Of a stretch of DNA of 32,000 nucleotides, positions 1 to 10,800 are shown piece by piece (position 1 is the stretch's first letter; every line of letters begins with the position of its first letter). A model generated the notes under the pieces. The model was not told the DNA's origin, searched no databases, and saw only the letters and a list, made by a program, of their open reading frames with translations. Source of the DNA: Psychrobacter sp. HD31 (lineage in GTDB: Bacteria; Pseudomonadota; Gammaproteobacteria; Pseudomonadales; Moraxellaceae); NCBI RefSeq assembly GCF_051097895.1, contig NZ_CP142525.1:270001-302000 (forward strand). The letters are read 5' to 3'. A program made the position numbers and the translations under genes.

Positions 1-32
1 CTAACAAGTCAATAGACAGCTAAAATATATTG

Positions 33-1685
33 TTATTTTAGTTGATTGACTTGCTCGACGGTGCCAACCTTGGCAGTGCTTGATAAGCGTGCTGGATTAC
101 CATGGTTTTCTATTGGCTTTTTATCACTGGTATAATAGGGGGTTTTAGGTGCGATAAAGGCAACTGGCTTCTTATGATTGGGTACAGTGAGTGTCACCGG
201 CGTATCGATTGTTACCCCACCACCTAACGCTTGGTACAATTGAACTTGGCTCATTGCCTTCGCTTTTTCAAGATTTAAAATACTCTGTTGGCTACTAAAC
301 TCTGAGCGTTGTGCATCTAAAACTGATAAATAACTGTCTAAACCTGCTTTATAACGAGCATCCGCAATGGTATACATCTGTTGAAAGTTATCTTGCAATC
401 TATACTGTGTTTCTAAACGTTCTTCTAATGTTGCACGTGCTGCCAAAACATCTGCAACTTCTTTAAAAGCGGCTTGAATACTTTTTTCATAGCCTGTTAA
501 GGCTTGTTTGCGTGCAATTTGTGCAACTTGATAATTTGCATCTAGCTGACCTGCATCAAACAAAGGAACACTGATAGATGGCCCAAAAGACCAACCAAAT
601 GCAGATGTTTTAAATAGCTGTTTTAGGTTGGTGCTAGAATAGCCCATACGCCCAGTTAAGCTGATTGAAGGAAAATAATTTGCACGGGCTACGGCGATAT
701 TTGCCCCAGCGGCTTTTAGTTTGTATTCAGCTTGCAGTACATCTGGTCTATAGTATAAAAGCTCACTTGGTAACCCAGCACTAAATACTTTGTGATTGGT
801 GATGTTGCTAACGTGTGGGGCAGGGTATAAGTTTTCTGGCACAGGTGAGCCAATCAAGTATTGCATGGCATTACGCAATTGCAGTAGGCTGGTTTGCGCA
901 TTGTAAGCTGCTAGTTTGGCATTTTGTAGTAGTGACTCTGCTTGTAGCGAAGGTGCTTTAGAGTCTATCCCCGCATTAAAGCGAGCTTTTGTAATTTGTA
1001 ATGACTTTTGACGGCTATTAACGGTAGACTCTGCCAATTGTAATTGTGCTAGGGCATAGCTATAGTTTACATAGGTTTGTGCAATGGTGCTAATAAGGCT
1101 AATTTGGGCAGCATCTTTCGCTGCTGTTGTACCTAAATAAGTTTGTAAAGCTTGATCTTTTAAATTGGCAATTTTACCCCAAAAATCAAACTCATAGTTT
1201 GCCATGCCAAGGTTTACATTAAAGGCAGATGATGAGTTTTTATCCCTTGCATTTGTTGCTAAGCGATTTGCACCACCAGTAATATTGGCACGAGGTATAT
1301 TTGAAATTTGAGTAATTTGATACTGTGCTTCGGCAGATTTTACGGCCAAAATGGCGGATTCTAAATCCTTATTGTTTTGTAAAGCGATTGAAATAAGCGC
1401 TTTTAACTTTGGATCACTATAGTAATCTTGCCAACGTTCTGCGGCGACACTAGGCTGATTTGCCTGACTCACGGTTTTGTTATCCATCGCAGTGAGCTGA
1501 TAAGGTTGGTTAATTGGCAGATTGGGTTCTGCTAAAACTTGATTAGGTTGCTGACTAGGTGGAATGCGATTTTCAAACGTTTTTGTTAAGGTCGAGCATG
1601 CTGTTAAACTAAGGACAGCAGTGGCTACAACAAGTGGTTTGATAGCAGCCGTTGGACTGATAGTTTTGATGATTACAGTATTCAT
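33..1685 (-). CDS. RND efflux outer-membrane factor lipoprotein (OprM/AdeK/NodT family)
   Basis: 550-aa ORF. N-terminal signal peptide ends in lipobox LSLTAC. Typical OMF ending ...QLYQALGGG lies near the C-terminus. It is the last gene of a co-directional MFP-RND-OMF cluster. About 59 residues follow the GGG motif, which is longer than usual. Confidence 0.9.
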   Translation of the reverse strand: MNTVIIKTISPTAAIKPLVVATAVLSLTACSTLTKTFENRIPPSQQPNQVLAEPNLPINQPYQLTAMDNKTVSQANQPSVAAERWQDYYSDPKLKALISIALQNNKDLESAILAVKSAEAQYQITQISNIPRANITGGANRLATNARDKNSSSAFNVNLGMANYEFDFWGKIANLKDQALQTYLGTTAAKDAAQISLISTIAQTYVNYSYALAQLQLAESTVNSRQKSLQITKARFNAGIDSKAPSLQAESLLQNAKLAAYNAQTSLLQLRNAMQYLIGSPVPENLYPAPHVSNITNHKVFSAGLPSELLYYRPDVLQAEYKLKAAGANIAVARANYFPSISLTGRMGYSSTNLKQLFKTSAFGWSFGPSISVPLFDAGQLDANYQVAQIARKQALTGYEKSIQAAFKEVADVLAARATLEERLETQYRLQDNFQQMYTIADARYKAGLDSYLSVLDAQRSEFSSQQSILNLEKAKAMSQVQLYQALGGGVTIDTPVTLTVPNHKKPVAFIAPKTPYYTSDKKPIENHGNPARLSSTAKVGTVEQVNQLK

Positions 1686-1766
1686 ATTGTACTCTCTTTA
1701 CAACTTTTTAAGCATTGGCTAACTTTAATAAATGCTCAAAGAGTTTTGTTAGATTTATTGCTGTTT

Positions 1767-4700
1767 TTATAATTGCGTATTATTACTTGCTATTTTAGCA
1801 GTTTGTTTATTTTGGTTGGGTAAATTTGTACCGTCTGAGTCATTGGTGTTTTTATTAACACGATTGTTTTTTTTGTACGGAAAAATTGAGCGTACCCAAA
1901 TATAGAACATAGGGATAAACAACACACCTAATAATGTTGCACTGATAACACCGCCCAAGACGCTGGTACCAATAGCAGTTTGCGAGCCAGAACCTGCCCC
2001 TGTTGATAAAAAAAGCGGAACAACACCAATACCAAATGCTAATGATGTCATGATAATTGGTCGTAACCGTTGCCTAGCTGCTGTCATTACAGACTCTTTT
2101 AAGCTATAGCCTGCCTCTTGATATTCTTTAGCAAACTCAATAATCAAAATTGCATTTTTGGTGGATAAACCAATAATGGTTAATAAGCCCACCTGTAAGT
2201 ATACATCATTACTAAACCCTCGAAGGCCAGTAAATAATAAAGCACCAATCACGCCTAATGGCACAACAAGTATAACGGCAAATGGTATCGACCAACTTTC
2301 GTATAAAGCTGCCAAACATAAAAAGACAATTATTAAAGAAATCGCATAAAGTATGGGTGCTTGTGCGCCAGATTTTTGCTCTTCTAATGATTGACCCGTC
2401 CATTCAAAACCAATACCGTTTGGTAATTGAGAAATCATATTTTTCATTGCTGTCATTGCCTGGCCAGAGCTTATACCTGGCGCTGCCTCGCCCTGAATGT
2501 TCATAGCTGGGTAACTATTGTAACGATCAAGTTTTGGTGATCCATAGCGCCATTCTGTGTTAGAAAAAGCACCCATAGGGATCATTTCTCCATTGCCGTT
2601 ACGAACATACCATTTATTGATATCTTCAGGGTTTGTACGGCTGTTCGCTTCACCTTGCATATATACTTTTTTAATACGACCACGGTCGATAAAGTCGTTA
2701 ACATAGGCAGAACCCCATGCCATAGATATAACGTTATTAATATTAGCAAGTGATAAGCCGTAAACGGAGGCTTGCTCTTGGTTCACATTAATTTTTAGTT
2801 CAGGCGCATCTTCAATACCATTAGCACGAGAGTAGGCAATGTTAGGATCCTGAAAAGACATGCCAATTAACATATTGCGTGCTTCTAATAATTTGTCATG
2901 CCCAACATTGCCACGGTCTTGAAGCATTAAATCAAAACCTGATGCATTGCCAAGCTCCATAATTGGTGGTGGGACAATAGCAAAAACATTAGCCTCATTC
3001 ACTTGGGTCATAAAATAACCCATAGCGCGTTTTGCTACGGCTTCTGCAGAGTTATCTAAACCAACACGGTGCTCCCAGTCTGCAAGTTTAATAAAAGCAA
3101 GCCCCATGTTTTGACCTTGACCAGCAAAACTAAAACCAGATATGGCATAAACAGAATCTACATTGGCATCTTCATTTTGTTGATAATAGTCTTGAACTTT
3201 ATCCATAACTTTTTCAGTTTGTTCAAGCGTAGAACCTGCCGGCAGCTGTACTAGTGTAAATACAATCCCTTGGTCTTCCTTTGGTAAGAATGAAGAGGGT
3301 ATACGAATAAACATAAACGTCATGACAGCAATTACTGCTGCATATAAAAATAGGTACAACCACTTTAAGTTAAAGCTTTTACCTACGAATTTTTCATAAC
3401 CTAGACTTAATTTAGTAAACCCACGGTTAAACCATCCAAAAAAGCCTTTTTGTGCTTCTTGATCATGTTTTTCATGATTTTTACCACGCTTGAGTAGGGT
3501 GACACATAATGCGGGTGTAAATATTAATGCAACCGCTGCTGATAGCATCATACTAGTCACAAGTGTTAATGAAAACTGGCGGAAGATAACACCAGTTGAA
3601 CCACTCATAAATGCCATAGGTACAAATACAGCAGATAAGATTAAAGCAATACCGATAACAACCTTGCTAATTTCTCCCATGGACTGAATGGTGGCATCTT
3701 TGACACTGATGTGAGGGTCTTCTTCTAAAATACGTTCGACGTTTTCTACCACAACAATGGCATCATCAACCAATAAACCAATGGCAAGTACCATTGCAAA
3801 CATGGTAAGCACATTAACACTAAAGCCTGCCACACTTAGCACAGCAAAAGTGCCTAATATCACCACAGGTACAGCAAGTGTTGGGATAATAGTGGCACGC
3901 CAATTTTGTAAAAATAAGAACATTACTAAAAATACCAAAGCAATGGCTTCAAGTAATGTTTTGATAACTTCTTCAATGGATAGTACAACAAATGGCGTTG
4001 TATCATAAGGAATAGATGCTTTTAGTCCTGTCGGGAAGTTAGCCTCTAACTCTTTCATACGCTCTTCTACTGCTGTGCGTGTGTTTAATGCATTTGCCCC
4101 TGTTGCTAGGTTAATACCAATACCTGCAGCAATCTTACCGTTGTATTTAGAGACGCTACTGTAATTTTCGCTACCAATCTCTACCCTTGCAACATCGCCC
4201 AGACGCACTTGTGAGCCATCTTCTGCAGTTTTAACTAAAATGTTACGAAACTCATCTGGCGTTTGTAAATAGCTTTGTACACTAACGGTTGCGTTAATAA
4301 CTTGTTCATCTGTTGCAGCAGGAGACTGACCTAATTGACCAGCAGAAACTTGTGCATTTTGCGCTTTAATAGCACCATAAATATCTGATGGCATCAAGCC
4401 ATAGCTACGCAGTTTATTCGGGTTTAGCCAAATGCGCATAGAATACGATGATCCAAACAGTTGGACGCTACCAACGCCTTCTACACGGCTAATTTGATCT
4501 AATACATTTGAGCTAACATAGTCACCAATATCGGCTTCTGCCATGCTTCCATCTTCTGAAGTGAAAGCATAAACCATCATAAAACTACCAGAAGCCTTTT
4601 CTACATTAACGCCCTGACGCTGTACAGACTCTGGCAAACTACTCATTGCAGATTGCAATTTATTTTGTACTTGAACCTGTGCAGTATCAGGGTTTGTACC

Positions 4701-4988
4701 GTTATTAAATGTTAGAGTTGTTTTTGATAAACCATTTGATGAGCTACTTGATGACATATACATCAAGTTATCCAGCCCCTTCATCTGTTGTTCAATTGCC
4801 TGAGTTACCGAGTTTTCAACTGTTTTAGCATCAGCGCCTGGATACACCGCATTTACAGTAACGGTTGGTGGCGCAATACGTGGATATTGCTCGATTGGCA
4901 TGCGTAAAACTGCCAATGTACCAATAATAATAGCTAAGATGGCTAACACCCATGCAAAGATAGGGCGATTAATAAAAAAACGTGACAT
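1767..4988 (-). CDS. RND (HAE1) multidrug efflux permease, AcrB/MexB/AdeJ-like
   Basis: 1073-aa ORF. Canonical N-terminus MSRFFINRPIFAWVLAI and conserved GLLVDDAIVVVENVERIL segment. Large periplasmic loops and 12-TM layout collinear with AcrB. Flanked by MFP and OMF genes. Confidence 0.95.
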   Translation of the reverse strand: MSRFFINRPIFAWVLAILAIIIGTLAVLRMPIEQYPRIAPPTVTVNAVYPGADAKTVENSVTQAIEQQMKGLDNLMYMSSSSSSNGLSKTTLTFNNGTNPDTAQVQVQNKLQSAMSSLPESVQRQGVNVEKASGSFMMVYAFTSEDGSMAEADIGDYVSSNVLDQISRVEGVGSVQLFGSSYSMRIWLNPNKLRSYGLMPSDIYGAIKAQNAQVSAGQLGQSPAATDEQVINATVSVQSYLQTPDEFRNILVKTAEDGSQVRLGDVARVEIGSENYSSVSKYNGKIAAGIGINLATGANALNTRTAVEERMKELEANFPTGLKASIPYDTTPFVVLSIEEVIKTLLEAIALVFLVMFLFLQNWRATIIPTLAVPVVILGTFAVLSVAGFSVNVLTMFAMVLAIGLLVDDAIVVVENVERILEEDPHISVKDATIQSMGEISKVVIGIALILSAVFVPMAFMSGSTGVIFRQFSLTLVTSMMLSAAVALIFTPALCVTLLKRGKNHEKHDQEAQKGFFGWFNRGFTKLSLGYEKFVGKSFNLKWLYLFLYAAVIAVMTFMFIRIPSSFLPKEDQGIVFTLVQLPAGSTLEQTEKVMDKVQDYYQQNEDANVDSVYAISGFSFAGQGQNMGLAFIKLADWEHRVGLDNSAEAVAKRAMGYFMTQVNEANVFAIVPPPIMELGNASGFDLMLQDRGNVGHDKLLEARNMLIGMSFQDPNIAYSRANGIEDAPELKINVNQEQASVYGLSLANINNVISMAWGSAYVNDFIDRGRIKKVYMQGEANSRTNPEDINKWYVRNGNGEMIPMGAFSNTEWRYGSPKLDRYNSYPAMNIQGEAAPGISSGQAMTAMKNMISQLPNGIGFEWTGQSLEEQKSGAQAPILYAISLIIVFLCLAALYESWSIPFAVILVVPLGVIGALLFTGLRGFSNDVYLQVGLLTIIGLSTKNAILIIEFAKEYQEAGYSLKESVMTAARQRLRPIIMTSLAFGIGVVPLFLSTGAGSGSQTAIGTSVLGGVISATLLGVLFIPMFYIWVRSIFPYKKNNRVNKNTNDSDGTNLPNQNKQTAKIASNNTQL

Positions 4989-5016
4989 GGTATTTTATTT
5001 TCCTACTTTGTATGGA

Positions 5017-6489
5017 TTAGTTTTGGCTGTCATCTACTTGATCAGCCATTGCTGCCGCTTCTTTTTGAGCTTGCTCATCAGCTGCCTGTTGAGGTGTTTT
5101 TGGCGTTTGCGCTTGAGCCTCTGCTTGTGGTTTTTCTTTTGCTTTTACAGGGGCGTCATCAATTACTTTTTGTTGTGTTGATTCGGCTTGGCTATTTTTA
5201 TTGGGCTTTTGACTTACGTGATCATCTTTATTTGGCATTGGTTTAGCGTTTACTTTTTGTTCTGGCTTAACTTTAGCGCCACCAATGGCAACCACATTTT
5301 CACCTTGTCTCAAACCACTGGTGATAACCCAATTGCCTTTATATGCACCATCTACGGTTACAGGGCGTACTTTAATCGTATTTTCATCATCTACAATATA
5401 AACCTGTGTTTCGCCTTTTGGTGTTCGCATAATGGCACTTTGAGGAAGTAAAACGGCATTAGGGATAACTGACTGCGCCATGCGTGCAGTAACAAACATC
5501 CCAGGCATTAGTAAACCATTATTAGGGAACACGGCACGCAAAGTAACCGAACCAGTTGATGCATTAACGTTCACTTCACGCAGTGCTAACTGACCCTTTT
5601 GCTCATAACTTGAACCATTTTCTAACATCAGTTCTACTGAGTTTATGCCCTGTTTTGCTTTGCCTGAAGCAATGTCTTGACGTAACTGTAACATTTGAGA
5701 TGATGACTGATTGATATCAACATAAATTGGATTTGTTTTAGTAATCGTCACTAAAGGATTTGCTTGGCTTGCATTGACGAGTGTACCAACTGTAAAGTTT
5801 GAGCTGCCTGTAATGCCAGAAATTGGTGCGGTAATAATGGTTCGGCTTGCATTTAATTGGCTTATTGACATAGTTGCTTTAGCTGCTGTAATGTTTGCGG
5901 TTGCGGTTTCTATGCCTGCATTGGCTTGTGCGATGGCAGCTTCTGCCGCTTTTACACCAGCTTGTGCGGTTTTAATTTCTGTTTTTGCTTGATCTACCAG
6001 TTGCGCCGATACAGCATCTTGACTTAAAAGCTGGGTATATCGGTTATAGTTTGATTGCGCTTGTTCTAGTAATGCTTTTTGGCTAAGTAGAGAAGCTTGT
6101 GCACTGGTACGTGACGCTTTAGCTGTTGTTAAGCTGGCATTGGCTTGTGCGATGGCAGACTTTCCGCTTTCTATTGCATTGGTATAGTTGTCTGCATTGA
6201 TACGATATAAAGCTTGCCCTTTTTTAACGGGAGAGCCTTCTCTAAATAAGATTTCTTCAATAATACCTGTTGCCTGAGGGCGTACTTCTGAACTTTCAAA
6301 AGCAACGGTTCTACCCGAAAAGGTTTTAAATTGCGGTATACTCTGAAACTGCACTGGCATGATATTAACAACGGCAAGAGGCATTTCTTGTTGAGCTGCT
6401 GCCTGTTCATTTTGCCCTTGGCTACATGCTGTCAGCATTTCAACGCTTAACGCTGCTGATAATACTAAAGAGATAGAGGAAAGCTTCAT
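5017..6489 (-). CDS. RND efflux periplasmic adaptor (membrane fusion protein, AcrA/MexA/AdeI-like)
   Basis: 490-aa ORF. Signal peptide plus lipobox MLTAC. Alanine/glutamine-rich alpha-hairpin region and beta-barrel/MP domains in the AcrA order. Ends 28 nt upstream of the RND gene. Carries an extra C-terminal low-complexity tail of about 85 aa. Confidence 0.9.
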   Translation of the reverse strand: MKLSSISLVLSAALSVEMLTACSQGQNEQAAAQQEMPLAVVNIMPVQFQSIPQFKTFSGRTVAFESSEVRPQATGIIEEILFREGSPVKKGQALYRINADNYTNAIESGKSAIAQANASLTTAKASRTSAQASLLSQKALLEQAQSNYNRYTQLLSQDAVSAQLVDQAKTEIKTAQAGVKAAEAAIAQANAGIETATANITAAKATMSISQLNASRTIITAPISGITGSSNFTVGTLVNASQANPLVTITKTNPIYVDINQSSSQMLQLRQDIASGKAKQGINSVELMLENGSSYEQKGQLALREVNVNASTGSVTLRAVFPNNGLLMPGMFVTARMAQSVIPNAVLLPQSAIMRTPKGETQVYIVDDENTIKVRPVTVDGAYKGNWVITSGLRQGENVVAIGGAKVKPEQKVNAKPMPNKDDHVSQKPNKNSQAESTQQKVIDDAPVKAKEKPQAEAQAQTPKTPQQAADEQAQKEAAAMADQVDDSQN

Positions 6490-6677
6490 CTAATGAATCC
6501 TTTGTACTTTAAATGTTGGTAAATTTGATTTAAAAAGGTAATTCTTGTTTTAAAAATGTAAAATGAATATTTATTCGATTAATTCTAATGTTTTTACTTT
6601 TGCTTTACAACCTAATATTATCAATGACTTTTTTTTAAAAGACCAAATGAAACGAACCATAATTGAGGCATGGTTAC

Positions 6678-6700
6678 AAAAAAACTCCACGGTTGTGGAG
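6678..6700 (-). terminator. Rho-independent terminator downstream of ispB
   Basis: Minus strand reads CTCCAC-AACC-GTGGAG (6-bp stem, 4-nt loop) followed by TTTTTTT. It lies 63 nt after the ispB stop and separates ispB from the efflux operon promoter region. Confidence 0.6.
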
Positions 6701-6762
6701 CTTTATCAATATAGTTGCTTGTTGCTGTGTAAACACATCTCTATTAAAAAAAGACTCAATAA

Positions 6763-7773
6763 CTATACTAAACGAGAAATTGCTAACTCAGTTAATTGTT
6801 GCAACCCTTCTCTATATATATTGTTAGGTAGCTCATTTAATGCTTGCTGGGCAAGTTTGGTTTCTTCTAATGCACGTTGTTGGCAATAGGCTAATGCCCC
6901 CGAATCTTGTACAATCTTAATTAATTGGTCGGCATTATCTGCATTACCAGTTTGTACTGCCACTCGTAGTAGGTCATAATCTTTTTGATTATCTTGTTTT
7001 AAAAGCTCTAATGCTTTGATAGTAGGCAGGGTAGGCTTCCCCTCAGCTAAGTCATCTCCCATGTTCTTGCCCATAACTTTGGCGTCGCCGCTATAATCTA
7101 AGACATCATCAATTATTTGAAAAGCATTACCAAAGTGTTGCCCAAATCTTGATAAAGCTGGCAATAAATCAGGTTTATTTTGTAGTAAGGCAGCCCCTTG
7201 GGTTGCCATCATAAACAGGCGCGAGGTTTTTCCATCAATAATGCGCATGTAATCTTCTTCGGTTGCATGGGGATCGTGTTGATGCTGTAGTTGTAAAACT
7301 TCGCCTTCTGCAATGTCACAAGTACCAGCAGAAAAGATTTCTAATAAAGTGAGGTCTTTAAAATCAACCAACAGATTAAACGAGCGTGCAATCAAATAAT
7401 CACCAACTAACACAGCGGTTGGATTATCCCAAGTGGCATTGGCTGTGGGTTTGCCACGACGTAAGCCAGACTCATCTACCACATCATCATGTACTAACGT
7501 TGCCGTATGCAGCATTTCGGTAATGGCAGCTAGATGCATGGCACGTTTTGAGGGTTGGTCATCTAGCATGCGTGAGCAAAGCAGTGTAATTAAAGGGCGC
7601 ATACGCTTGCCACCTGCGTTAATCACATGTTGTGATACGCTCATCACCAGTTGAACTTTTGAGTTTAGGCTACCAAAAACTTGCTTATCCATAATAGCAA
7701 AGTCTTCGGCAACAATATTTAATATATCTTGATAGTTGATGGTGTTATTTTGTGAACTTACAGATAATGTCAT
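6763..7773 (-). CDS. ispB: Octaprenyl-diphosphate (long-chain polyprenyl diphosphate) synthase
   Basis: 336-aa ORF with both trans-prenyltransferase aspartate-rich motifs: DDVVDESGLRRG (FARM) and IIDDVLDY (SARM). Overall IspB-like length. Confidence 0.9.
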   Translation of the reverse strand: MTLSVSSQNNTINYQDILNIVAEDFAIMDKQVFGSLNSKVQLVMSVSQHVINAGGKRMRPLITLLCSRMLDDQPSKRAMHLAAITEMLHTATLVHDDVVDESGLRRGKPTANATWDNPTAVLVGDYLIARSFNLLVDFKDLTLLEIFSAGTCDIAEGEVLQLQHQHDPHATEEDYMRIIDGKTSRLFMMATQGAALLQNKPDLLPALSRFGQHFGNAFQIIDDVLDYSGDAKVMGKNMGDDLAEGKPTLPTIKALELLKQDNQKDYDLLRVAVQTGNADNADQLIKIVQDSGALAYCQQRALEETKLAQQALNELPNNIYREGLQQLTELAISRLV

Positions 7774-7891
7774 GAGTCGCTCTGAGGGGATATCTTTAAA
7801 TTAATTTTATGGCAAATATCTTAGCACAACCTGAGAATGATAGTTAACAAAAATCCATACATATTTTAATAATTTTAGGGGTAGTGGGTTA

Positions 7892-10800
7892 TTAGCAGTG
7901 GCTAACACCAGCGCCACTAATTTGACTGATGCCACCACTTAGTTTTTCTACTTTAATTTGAGTAGAGATTCTATCTTTTAAAGCTTGTACGTGCGAGATA
8001 ACGCCAATTAGTTTGCCAGTCTGTTGTAAACTGGTAAGCGTGTCTAGCGCAATGTCTAACGAGTCTTCATCCAGCGTGCCAAAGCCTTCATCTAAAAATA
8101 AAGAGTCAACATTGATGTTTTGGCTCGCCATATGTGAAAGCCCCAAAGCCAAAGCAAGGCTGATGATAAAGCTTTCGCCACCCGATAGATTTTTACAAGA
8201 GCGTATTTCGCCTGCTTGATAGTTATCTATAACGTTTAGTTCAAGTGGCTCATTTTCATCCATGATTAGCAAATATCGGTCGCTCATTTTTTGTAGCTGT
8301 GCATTCGCGTTTTGAATCATGGCTTTAAATGTTAGTCCTTGGGCAAAAATTCTAAACTTTTTACCATCGCTTGAGCCAATGAGCATATTTAATTGATCCC
8401 ACATTTGATTGTCTTTTTTTTGTTTATCAATCGCTTGCTGCTGTTGGGTTGTTTTGTTTTGCTTGGCTTTGTTTTCATTAAGCTGTTGGGTATAAATGCC
8501 TATTTGTTCTGCAATCTTATTAACTTGTAGTTTGGTTTGTGACTCTAATGCTAATAGCTCATTTAATGGTGTTTTTGTTAATTGTTTATCCCGTTGTTGC
8601 TGTAACGAGTGCTTATTATTTTCTAACATGGTTGTTAACCGAGCAACCTCGGAAGTAAGTGCATCATGTAACTTGGTAAGATGCGCTCGCTGTGTTTGAG
8701 GTAGGCGTGCAGCTAAAAAGTGTGGGGTATCTCTAAAGCCCTGTTTGCCAAGTTTTTGATTAAAAAGATTGCGCTGCTGGGTTAATGTTGCTTGGTTGTC
8801 ATTAATGGATATTGCCAGCTCGCTCAGTGATTTTAAGAGGTGGTTGACATTATTTTGTAAACTTTGTTGTTGCTCTTTAATGTTTATATAAGTGTGTTGG
8901 GCTTGCTCTAATGCCAATCGCAACCCTTGTTCTTCTTCAATAGGGTTTTTATTAGCAAATAAGGTTTGTCTATCGTTTATCTTATTTTGGTAGGCAAGTT
9001 GTTGCTCGGTCAGTTTATTGCCTAATTCATCAAGTATTTGACTATTTTGCGTATATTGCTGTTGCAATTGGTTTTGTTTAGAGTCAAAAACACTGATTGA
9101 TTTTTCTAGTTCAATCTTTTCTTCTTGTGTGTGACGATAGGTTTTTTCTAAGGTGTGCCATTCTGCATAAATATTGCGTAGCTTATCTATCAATGGTTCG
9201 TAATCATTAACTGTCAACAAGTGTGATTGCGCAATACTGGCTTTTAGCTTTGTGGGCGCAGAGTGTTGATGGCGTTGTAACAGTGTCTCTAACTCGTCAG
9301 TTTGGCTGTTTAAGTCAATAAAGTTTTTATTAATGCGGTTGTTAATATGCTCTATTCTTTGGTTATATAATTTTTCTTCAACCGATATATCACTCAACTG
9401 TTTTTGAGTGTGGTTAAGTGCCTCTGTGTGTTGCTGTAATACCTGTTTTATTTGGGTGATTTGTTGCTGTGCCTCATCATGCTGGCTGATGATTGCCTGT
9501 GCTGATTTTATTTTTTGTTGCTGCTTACTTTGCAAATCAACCAACTTGCTGTTTAAAACACGGGTGCTGGTTGCGTCAAGCGACTCAACTTTTAGTGCGT
9601 TCACTAGTTGTGGTTGTGTTGATTGGATATGGCAATAAATTTGTTCAATTTGAGCTAAAGTGGTATTAAGCTGGGTGGTATTAACCGCAATATTTTGTTT
9701 GAGCTGAGAAATAGAAGACTGATTAGTACTTACCTCGTGTTTTAGTGCATCAACTTGTACAGTTATCTCATTGAGTTTATCAATTTGTGGATTACTTGGA
9801 TCATAATGCGGATGAGAACCATGCGCTAAATCTTTTAAATAAGGATGCTCTGTTGCGCCACAAATGGGGCAGGCTTCATCTTGTTCTAGCGCAGCAATGT
9901 GTTGCTCTAGCTTGATGACTTTTTGCTGTAAGGCAAGGCTTTCTTGTTTTGCCTTTAAGTTTTGACTGAGATGGTCTAACGTACTTTGCTGTGTATCAAG
10001 TTGTTTGTTTAACTCTGTGCGTTGTGTGATTAATTGCTGTTTGGTTTCTACCAAATTTGCCAAAGGTGTTTGTTGTTGCACAAGGGTGTCTAACAGGTGT
10101 TGATGGCTGTTTGCTTCGGTGAGTTGGGCTCTTAGCGTTACAATGGTTTTGTTTGCTAGCAAGGTAGCCACATTATTTTGTTGTGTGCTTAAATTGTGTT
10201 GATGCGTGTTAATCTCTTGCTCAATCTTTTTAATTTTTTGATTAACGGCTTGTTTTTTAGGTTCAAGCTGTTTGCTGAGTTCAGTCAGCTGAGTCAATTC
10301 AGTTTTTGCATCGCTATTAGCTAAAAGTAGGTTTTTAATGCTGTTGCAAAAGCGTGTCAGTTTATCGCATTCAATGCTTAAATTTGCATGAGTAGGGTGC
10401 AAGCTTAGATATTGATTAACATCTGATAAATTGCTTTTTTGGTTTTCTATTATTGTTTTATTATCATCAATTTGTTGTTTTATTTGACTAACATTGTTTT
10501 GTTGCTCTGTATGATGTTGTGTTATTTCTGCCAAACGATTTTTGGCATGTTTTAACTCGCCATCAATTGTATTGACTTGATTGATAATCGGAAGTTGCGT
10601 TTCTAATAGTGTGTTAGCTTGTGTGAAGCTAGCATGGGCATTTTGGAGCTGTGTTTTGCTAGATTCAAGATTTTTTTGTTCAATGTCTAACTGGTTATTG
10701 AGCTGGGTTTGTTTTTCAATCAACTCGCTTTGCAATTTTTCACTATGCGCCAGTTTTAAATAGTCCCCATCAATTTCTAACGCTTGGTTTGCCTGCTTTA

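Noticed and set aside
1767-6489. Multiple 60-93-aa ORFs on the + strand within the RND permease and adaptor genes, plus the 79-aa minus-strand out-of-frame ORF at 6171-6410
   Set aside because: All are nested in strongly supported genes, and none has start signals or recognisable motifs.
6563-6889. 108-aa + strand ORF starting in the efflux/ispB intergenic region
   Set aside because: It reads through the ispB terminator hairpin and overlaps the ispB 3' end antisense. Its composition is low-complexity and AT-driven, and it has no RBS.
8404-8411. A8/T8 homopolymer tracts inside coding regions (sbcC 8404-8411; RND C-terminal tail 1867-1874) as possible phase-variation switches
   Set aside because: Tracts of 8 A/T are common in AT-rich genomes and shorter than typical contingency-locus tracts. 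Both genes are intact and are housekeeping-type genes.
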